From Octopus sinensis (Eukaryota), in NCBI RefSeq assembly GCF_006345805.1, contig NW_021832160.1:1-47003 (forward strand): DNA of 47,003 nt, written 5' to 3'. Below the pieces are notes generated by a model. That model did no database searches, was not told the DNA's origin, and saw nothing but the letters and a program-made list of their open reading frames with translations. The position numbers and the translations under genes are program-made. Positions 39,335-47,003 of this stretch are shown piece by piece (positions within the stretch are counted from its first letter, which is position 1; each line of letters begins with the position of its first letter).

Positions 39335-39416
<82 letters not shown>

Positions 39417-39420
39417 GTCG

Positions 39421-39483
<63 letters not shown>

Positions 39484-40350
39484 TCATCATCATAAGCGTC
39501 GTCGTCGTCGTCGTTGTTGTTGTTGTTGTTATTGTTGTTGTTGTTCCTTTCATTGTTGTGGCCAAGAATGTTGTTCTTATTGCTTTTGTTGTCAGCCTTA
39601 TTATGAATGACGTCATCGACAAAAACATTAACTGTCAACCGTTGCTATGGTGTAAGCATGTAACCATAGCAACAACTGCAGCCACTGATCTAGAAACACT
39701 ACAAATTGCTGTTGGAGTCTTTTTTTATGTAATAGTGCACAATGGTTGGTGGGGGCGGCGGGGGAGGGAGAGGAAGAGGCTGTGGTGGTGGTGGTGGGTG
39801 TTGGTTGTTATGATAAATGTGGTGGGACGCGCGAATTGTAGTTGTGATGACGGTGGTGGTGGCGGTGATGGTGGTGGTGGTGGTGGCGGTGGTGGTGGTG
39901 GTGATGATGGTGGTGGTGGCGGTGGTGGTGATGGTGGTGGTGGCGGTGGTGGTGATGGTGGTCGTGGTGATGGGGGTGGTGATGGTGATGGCGGTGGTGA
40001 TGGTAGTGATTGTGGTAGTGGTGGTGATGGTGGTGGTGGTGGTGGTGGTGGTGGTGATGATGGTGGTCGTGGTGATGGTGGTGATGGTGGTGATTGTAGT
40101 AGTGGTAGTGATGGTGGTGGTGTTGATGGTAGTGGTGGTGGTAGTGGTGGTGTGGTTGTAGCAGTGAACGTGGTCACGATGGTGTTGGTGATGGTGGTAG
40201 TGGTGGTGATTATGGTTGTGGTGATATCGGCGCCGGTGTTGCAGGTGATGCTGGGGGGATGGTGGGGGTAGTGGTGCTGGTGGTGGTTTTGGCAGAAGTA
40301 TTGTGATAGTGGTGATTGCAGTGGTGGCGGTCATGGTGGTGGTGGTGGTG
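39317..40350. repeat. Compound trinucleotide microsatellite (ATT)n-(CAT)n-(GTT)n and degenerate (GGT/GAT)n
   Basis: Directly visible; explains the stop-free ORFs 39263-40334 on both strands. Confidence 0.95.
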
Positions 40351-40640
40351 GTGAATGGTTAAAGAGGTTTCTCTGCAATCACCAGTTACACGTTGTGTCC
40401 TTGAGCAAGTCACTTTATTTCACTTGGCTCCAGTTCACTCAGCTGGCAAAAATTAGTAGTAGCTGTAATTCACAAGGGGCCAGCCTCGTCACATTCTGTG
40501 TCACGCTGAATCTCCCTGAGAACTACGTTAAGCTTATGCGGGTCTGTGGAGTACTCGGCCACTTGCACATTAATTTTACGAGTAGGCTGTTCCGTTGATC
40601 GGATCAACTAGAACACTCATCGTCGTAACTGACGGAGGAC
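40350..40640 (+). mobile_element. tRNA-headed SINE, family B
   Basis: Direct similarity to 18300-18570. Confidence 0.75.
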
Positions 40641-40935
40641 CATTTTTTTCTTGAAAGGTTGTACTGTTGGTGATTAAGGGCGGATAATGTGGTGTTTAAG
40701 AGAAAATATTAAAGGGCGTTTAAGTTGATGGGGATGGTGTTTAAAGGAAAACAATCCGACAAGGGTCAATGGTAGGGCGTAAGAGAGGTTAATGAAGATT
40801 TTTGATAGGGGTTTAACTGTGGGGGCAGTGATGCTGTTTAAGAGATCATGATAATAATGTTTAAGTTATAGTGATGACATAATGTTTAGGGGCAGTGACA
40901 GGGAGTGGAAAGGGCTGCGCCCGAAGCTGACCTAC

Positions 40936-41061
40936 CTGAGTAATAGAGTGTCTTTCCCGGGGCCTTGATGTGTTGACTCGTGGCGTACAACTTGGCATAA
41001 CCTTTCGTTTTGAATCGCATTCGACAGAAATCTGCTCGGCTCTTTTTGTGAACGTTAGTTC
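40936..41061 (-). CDS. FAM234-like protein exon (G-TNVHKKSRADFCRMRFKTKGYAKLYATSQHIKAPGKTLYYS)
   Basis: tttcag acceptor and GTAGGT donor, phase 1 to phase 1, in frame with both neighbouring exons. Confidence 0.88.
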
Positions 41062-41304
41062 CTGAAACAATAGACAGACTTGTTTGATAAGCTTTAGCAT
41101 ATATAAATAGACAAATAAGTATATATATATAATGGTAAAGTTTACGAAAATAAACAAAAGACGATGGCAGGTGGAGTACAAACAAACAAATGTATTAGTA
41201 TGGCGCTCAGGAATAGAAATAGAACAGGTCTTTTACGTTTCGAGCCTAGGCTCTTCGACAGAAAGATACACAGAAAAAAAACAGAAAGAAAAAATGCGTG
41301 TGTA

Positions 41305-41359
<55 letters not shown>

Positions 41360-41361
<2 letters not shown>

Positions 41362-41603
41362 CACATCATGGAGGTGAGAGAGAGAAAGGGAACAGATAAG
41401 AGTGGTGAGGTCAGAGAATAGATGTTTATTCCATTCGTTTACAGCTGTTTCATAAATCACGTTAATTATATAATAGATATTACACCAGTATTACACATAT
41501 ACAAACATACATATAAATACATGTAGCTCCGTTTGATCCTTTGGATCCCTACTTTTCAATCTCTCTGTCTCTCACTCTCGCTATGTATATATATATGTAT
41601 ATA

Positions 41604-41634
<31 letters not shown>

Positions 41635-41880
41635 ATATATAATATATATATATACACATCAGGAGGTGAGAGAGAAGAAAGGGAACAGATAAGAGTGGTG
41701 AGGTCAGAGAATAGATGTTTATTCCATTCGTTTACAGCGTTTCATAAATCACGTTAATTTATAATAGATATTACACCAGTATTACACATATACAAACATA
41801 CATATAAATACATGTAGCTCCGTTTGATCCTTTGGATCCCTACTTTTCAATCTCTCTGTCTCTCACTCTCGCTATGATAT
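41360..41880 (+). repeat. Near-identical tandem duplication of about 230 bp separated by (TA)n
   Basis: 41360-41590 and 41653-41880 differ by only a few indels. Confidence 0.9.
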
Positions 41881-41881
41881 A

Positions 41882-41921
<40 letters not shown>

Positions 41922-42193
41922 TGTATGTATGTATGTATGTATGTATGTATGTATGTATGTATGTATGTATATATATATATAGTTAATCCAAACAAGAAAG
42001 CACAAAAAAACACAACAACGCAAGGACGTGGAACAAATATAGTATTATTGGATGCTCAAGAAAAAAGGAAAGAAGGAGGGTTTATCGTTTCGAGCGGAGC
42101 TCTTCGTCGGAAACATAGGAGAAGGAATGATCCAGAGAAGGGAAGACAGAGGAAAAAAAATCGCCAACGAAACACACGCGGTCACATTTTGAA

Positions 42194-42225
<32 letters not shown>

Positions 42226-43431
42226 TGTATTTATATATCCAAGCATACAACGGTTAAGCACCATATCAATTAATGATACTGGAAATTCCTTATGAGCGTC
42301 TGTACTGGTGTTTATCGTTGGTTCTTCTCTGATCATTAGTACCTTACCATTCTGAAATTGGCATTGGTCGCTATAGATGTTTCCATCCTCTCGATGTAGG
42401 AAAAAAAAATTTCAACACACACACACACATATGTATAACATATATATGTACACACACACGCACACACACCATGGATACACACACCTGCATGCATTTCATA
42501 CACACACATATGTATTGGTTTGTTTGATCTGCCTGGACAGTGGAGTGGAGGTGTAGCACGTGGTGGAGAAGTGGCTGCTGGGGGTGTTGATGGAGGTATG
42601 ATGGTAACTAGTGATGGTAGTGTGGGGGCAAGGGGGTGGGGGGTGGGGGTTCTGAACGATGATCTTCAAGTCGGAACAATAATGGTTCAATATACACACA
42701 AGTGTATATATCTACGTGTGTACGCGCATATATTACGCGATTATTGCCCCATGTTATAAAAATGTATATACACGCATGTGTATTTATGTGTGTGTGTGTG
42801 TGTTTTATGTCTGTCTGTGTGTAGGTTTTTACGTGTGTGAAATCATCTCTACAGATGTATTAGTGTATATGAACGTTTACCGATTTTCATAAAAACACAC
42901 TCATACACACACATGTATAATTACGTATGTTTGTTTCTATGTATATATATATATATATATACACAATATGCACATAATCATATATATATGTATAAATACA
43001 CATGCATATATATGAAAGCAAACACACACCTACACGTATGAAAGACACACATACAAGTGATACATGTATATACGGCCATACATGCTTATATTGCGATATT
43101 CAAGAAAGCAATACTTTGACATTTGGGAATGGAATAATTGCTAATAGAAATGGTAAAATATATTAATAAAGTCACTGTCTCTCTGTCTGTCTCTCTCTCT
43201 CTCACCCCCTCTGTCTGTATGTCTGTCTATCTCTCTCTGTCTTTCTTTCTCTTTCTCTCTATCTCTCTTTCTCCCCTCCATTATAATGATCGATGTTTTA
43301 CACAGAATCTACCTTAGTTGCCCTTCCATGGTGACATGAATAACAATCGTGATCCTCTCTCTCTCTCTCTCTCTTTCTCTCTCTGTCTCTCTTTCTCTGT
43401 CTCTATTTCTCTCTCTCTTTCTCTCTCTCTT

Positions 43432-43463
<32 letters not shown>

Positions 43464-43543
43464 ACACATAAATATGTACGTCTGTGTATATGTATATCTA
43501 TGTATGTAGACATACATACACACACATATACATACACACACAC

Positions 43544-43585
<42 letters not shown>

Positions 43586-45050
43586 CACGCTGATGTGTAC
43601 AGATACGTAGGCATAGAGACAGACAGATGGACAGACAGACATAGCAGATGGATAGTTCACATACATATACACACACACGTACATGTACACAAGCACACAT
43701 AAAAAATGGCTTCCTAGGCATAACATTTTTAATACCGCTTTTCTCGAATAAATAAATAAATAAAATGGCGATCGAAGTCAGAAGTCACGTGATGTTATTG
43801 CCTGTGTACTTTGAATCTATCGTGGCGATCATGTATTAAGCGTCCCTTCATTAATTTCTTGCTGTTCGTATATTTTTGCCGTAGCAGATCGTTAAGGTAG
43901 GGAGATGGGTGAAAATTAAATAACAGAAAATAATAAGGAGAGAAAAAGAAGGATGAAAAAACTGCGAATTTTGCTGAAAAATAAATATAGGATGAAATAA
44001 CGTAAAATAAAATGAAGAGAAACGAAGGCAATTACATCAGAGATAAATGGACGTGAACGGAATAATTAATTATTGGATGAAATCTTTAGTGATTATTGCT
44101 GAGATGTCATGCTAAAGATGGCTTAAGTTTGTCCAATGATAATATGTGACCAATTGATATAATATGGCGGCTTAGAATATAAAGTAGGAAAGATAACGGG
44201 GGCGGGTGCAATTAGATGACGTCTGCTCGACTATACGGCTGGAGGATATATTTTATTACCTCCCTTGACGGCCTCATTTTAAATCTCACCAGGTGCCATC
44301 TTGTCTGGTTCGATACAGCAAAAATGGTGAGGTTAATATTTGTGATTCTTTTTCGTCTTTATGATGCATAGTTGAGCGGTTACGAAGTTCGGTTCACAGT
44401 CACGTGGTTTTAAGTTCCCTCCCATTACGCGGTATCTTGGCAACAAGTGTCTTTTACAAATGTTCTTACCATTTACTTCTGAGCGAATTTAGTACACATA
44501 CAGAAAGTGTGTTAAATCCTGTCATATATATATATATATATATATATACACTAGCAGTATCACCCGGCGTTGCTCAGGTTTGTTTTTTTTCGACCCTTTA
44601 GAATTGGAATTTTTGAAAAGTAAAACATTTGCATTATGTAGCTTATTATTCTCTTTAAGTGAACATTTTTCTGATTGAAATACACCGAAAAACGGCGACA
44701 CAGCAGTCAAACAATCGTAAAAAATAGGGATATTCATAGCAAAAAGCACCTTTTTGATGTAAATAATTTTTGGCGTCAACATGGGCCGATTTGAATATTT
44801 TTATCCTACAGAATGAAGAGCAAGCCTTCTTCTATCATACTTTCAATTTTGGTCAACTTGCGCCGCAGGATCTCCGAGGAGCTAGTGTTAGTTGAAGGCT
44901 ACCAAACCTGCCACACATACACAAACGATTTCAGCTTTATATATATATATATATCTCCTTCTTCCCTTCTTTCCTGACCGCCCAATAATACTTTATTTGT
45001 TCCACATCCTCGCGTTGTTGTCTTTTTGTTTTCTTGTTTGGATTAACTTT

Positions 45051-45112
<62 letters not shown>

Positions 45113-45131
45113 ATATATATAATATATATAT

Positions 45132-45460
45132 AAGTGTAACCTTGGTTTACGAACATCTCTCATTACGAACAAATCGATTTCTCAAACAATTCTTTTTAAC
45201 ATAAATGGTCTCGGCTAACGAACGGTGTCTTGATTAACGAACAGGCCAACTGGCACCAACGGTTGGAAACGACCCGAGAGTATCATTGGGAGAGCATCAG
45301 TTGGTGTCTAGCTTTTACACAGAATACATTCCAGCTTGAATTCCCCGTGCTTTCTTTTGAATTTCCAATAGGAGAAAAATAGTTTTGATATAAGAACATT
45401 TCGGGTTATTGACGAACGACCTTCAAGAACGAATTAAATTCGTAAACCGAAGTTACACTT
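45132..45460. mobile_element. Tigger/pogo-like MITE
   Basis: 22-bp TIRs AAGTGTAACCTTGGTTTACGAA / TTCGTAAACCGAAGTTACACTT; internal repeated TAACGAAC motifs. Confidence 0.75.
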
Positions 45461-45810
45461 TCTAATGAGCGAGGTTTTGTCAGAAGGCCTCCAGAAAAGC
45501 GAAAACTTTTGCACTGCCACTTTTGGTGGTCGTCTCGCATCTTCCCCTCCCATTCAGAACCCCTGCTACAAAATATAAAGATTAGGTATGGAATTGACTC
45601 TAAGAGAGACAATGTTCGCATCTGTAAAAAACGCAATGCGAAACATCCACTTATAAGTTGGCAATTAATAGAAATTTAGAATAGTTTAAAGTGGCCGACG
45701 ACATTTGCATGATACTGTATGTGTGTGTATATTTGATATACGTACGAGTGCATAAATGTGTATGTATATATATATATATAATGTATGTGCGTGTGTTTTT
45801 TTTGTTTGTT

Positions 45811-46104
45811 CCTTCTCGAGCCATGCCTGGCTCATAAGGGCCGGATTCACGGTTTCCTTGGCATATAGGTTCTCCACCTGGACGGGACGCCGGTCCGTCG
45901 CAGGTGAGCTGCAAGATGCAGGAGGAAAGAGTGAGAGAAAGTTGTGGCGAAAGAGTCAGCAGAAGTTCGCCATTACCTTCTGCCGGAGCCGCGTGGAGCT
46001 TAGGTGTTTTCGCTCATAAACACACACATCACTCGGTCTGAGATTCGAACCCGCGATCCCTCGACCGCGAGTCCGCTGCTCTAACCACTAGGCCATGTGC
46101 TTCC
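45811..46104 (-). mobile_element. tRNA-headed SINE, family C
   Basis: Head GGAAGCACATGGCCTAGTGGTTAGAGCAGCGG..GGGTTCGAATCTC on the - strand; homologous to 37914-38135. Confidence 0.8.
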
Positions 46105-46148
46105 ACAATGTGTGTGTGAGTGTGTGTATGTGTGTGTGATGTACCTAC

Positions 46149-46332
46149 CTTTTACAAAGGCGAATTCCGTTCTTTCGCCTTCATGCCCCAAGCAGTCAGC
46201 CACCCAGAACAGAAAGAGGTCGTTACCGAACCCTTCCATGCTGATCGTTAAGGGTGAAGAAATGGCTCCGACTGTGTCTTTAATGGCGGGACTAATCAAT
46301 GGCTTCCCCGAGCGTCCATCCAGAATTGTCGT
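46149..46332 (-). CDS. FAM234-like (FG-GAP/beta-propeller) protein, most 5' exon in the window (TTILDGRSGKPLISPAIKDTVGAISSPLTISMEGFGNDLFLFWVADCLGHEGERTEFAFVK)
   Basis: ttgcag acceptor (phase 0), GTAGGT donor (phase 1), 61 complex codons. The ILDGxxGKPL and SxEGxGNDxFLxWxADC motifs resemble invertebrate FAM234-like proteins as I recall them; not searched. Confidence 0.88.
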
Positions 46333-46410
46333 CTGCAACATAGAATTGAAGAATGTAACACGATCAAAGACCAACACACGTGCACACACATACACATACA
46401 CCACACTACA

Positions 46411-46467
<57 letters not shown>

Positions 46468-46926
46468 AACACACACACATACACACAAAGTCCGCACCAC
46501 CCATCAGGTGAACTTGAATTCTATTTGGCGCACTATGATTTTACAGGAAGTTAATATGGCGTCCCACCCGCCATAGGCAATTCCCTAAGGTTTTAAAATC
46601 TGGGCATTTAAAAATAACTGAAACAAATTTCTGAATCCAACAAGAAACACAAAAACACTTTCATAAAACATCCAGAATCACTCCGGAAGAGAGGAGAATG
46701 GTGGACAGGGAAGACGGGATGATCACGTGGTGTTTATGTCCTGTTATAAGGCCTACCCTTTTGAAGGCTAATCGAACACCTAAGAGAACCGTCTACAGTC
46801 GTTAAATGATGGAATTTAGCGGTATTTTGCCGAAATCAGTTGAGTGAAATCGCCGAAATATAAAAAAATCGGGTCCGTCGTCGTCCGGCAAATATGGTGA
46901 AAAGTGGCGATGTGGGTGCTGAAGGT

Positions 46927-47003
46927 ACTCTTTTACTTGTTTCAGTCATTTGACTGCGGCCATGCTGGAGCACCGCCTTTAGTCGAAAAAATCGACCCCA
47001 GAG
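46927..47003 (-). mobile_element. SINE family A tail, running off the window
   Basis: ACTCTTTTACTTGTTTCAGTCATTTGACTGCGGCCATGCTGGAGCACCGCC matches 13660-13740. Confidence 0.8.

Noticed and set aside
39282-40334. Long ORFs of 329, 211 and 150 aa (poly-Ile/Val/Gly, poly-Thr, poly-Pro)
   Set aside because: They are translations of a compound trinucleotide microsatellite that is stop-free in several frames, with no splice sites in phase with the host gene.
42348-42389. Possible 42-nt phase-1/phase-1 cassette exon (EDGNIYSDQCQFQN) on the - strand with a GTAAGG donor
   Set aside because: The acceptor would be a weak GAG, and the flanking exons already join cleanly (FVK-G-TNV). Junction reads would be needed.
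9682-46104. tRNA-like sequences at 9682, 26688, 37914 and 46104
   Set aside because: They have A/B boxes but run into SINE bodies shared between copies, and I could not fold complete cloverleaves.
779-46500. Dozens of YI-, CV-, HT- and SL-rich ORFs in the track
   Set aside because: All derive from (TA)n, (TG)n, (CA)n or (CT)n repeats.

Overview
AT-rich eukaryotic genomic DNA, dense in microsatellites and transposon remnants. The SINE, mariner and simple-repeat content matches what I recall of Octopus (coleoid cephalopod) genomes; this is inferred, not searched. Two spliced genes could be built by hand, facing each other tail-to-tail. (1) A complete 3-coding-exon + strand gene (6052-6180, 9271-9553, 10795-10829) encodes a 148-aa protein with a signal peptide, dibasic sites, a Glu/Asp tract and two EF-hands. 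(2) The last six coding exons of a - strand gene (46332 down to 26436, about 664 aa, 5' part outside the window) resemble invertebrate FAM234/FG-GAP beta-propeller proteins and include a 1.2-kb low-complexity exon with furin-type sites. All intron phases match in both models. The rest is mariner (DD34D type), maT (DD37D), Tigger, hAT and MITE remnants, tRNA-headed SINEs, RTE and Tx1 LINE fragments, and Penelope-type repeats carrying hammerhead-ribozyme-like motifs, one with a complete catalytic core. Nearly all short ORFs in the supplied track are translations of simple repeats.
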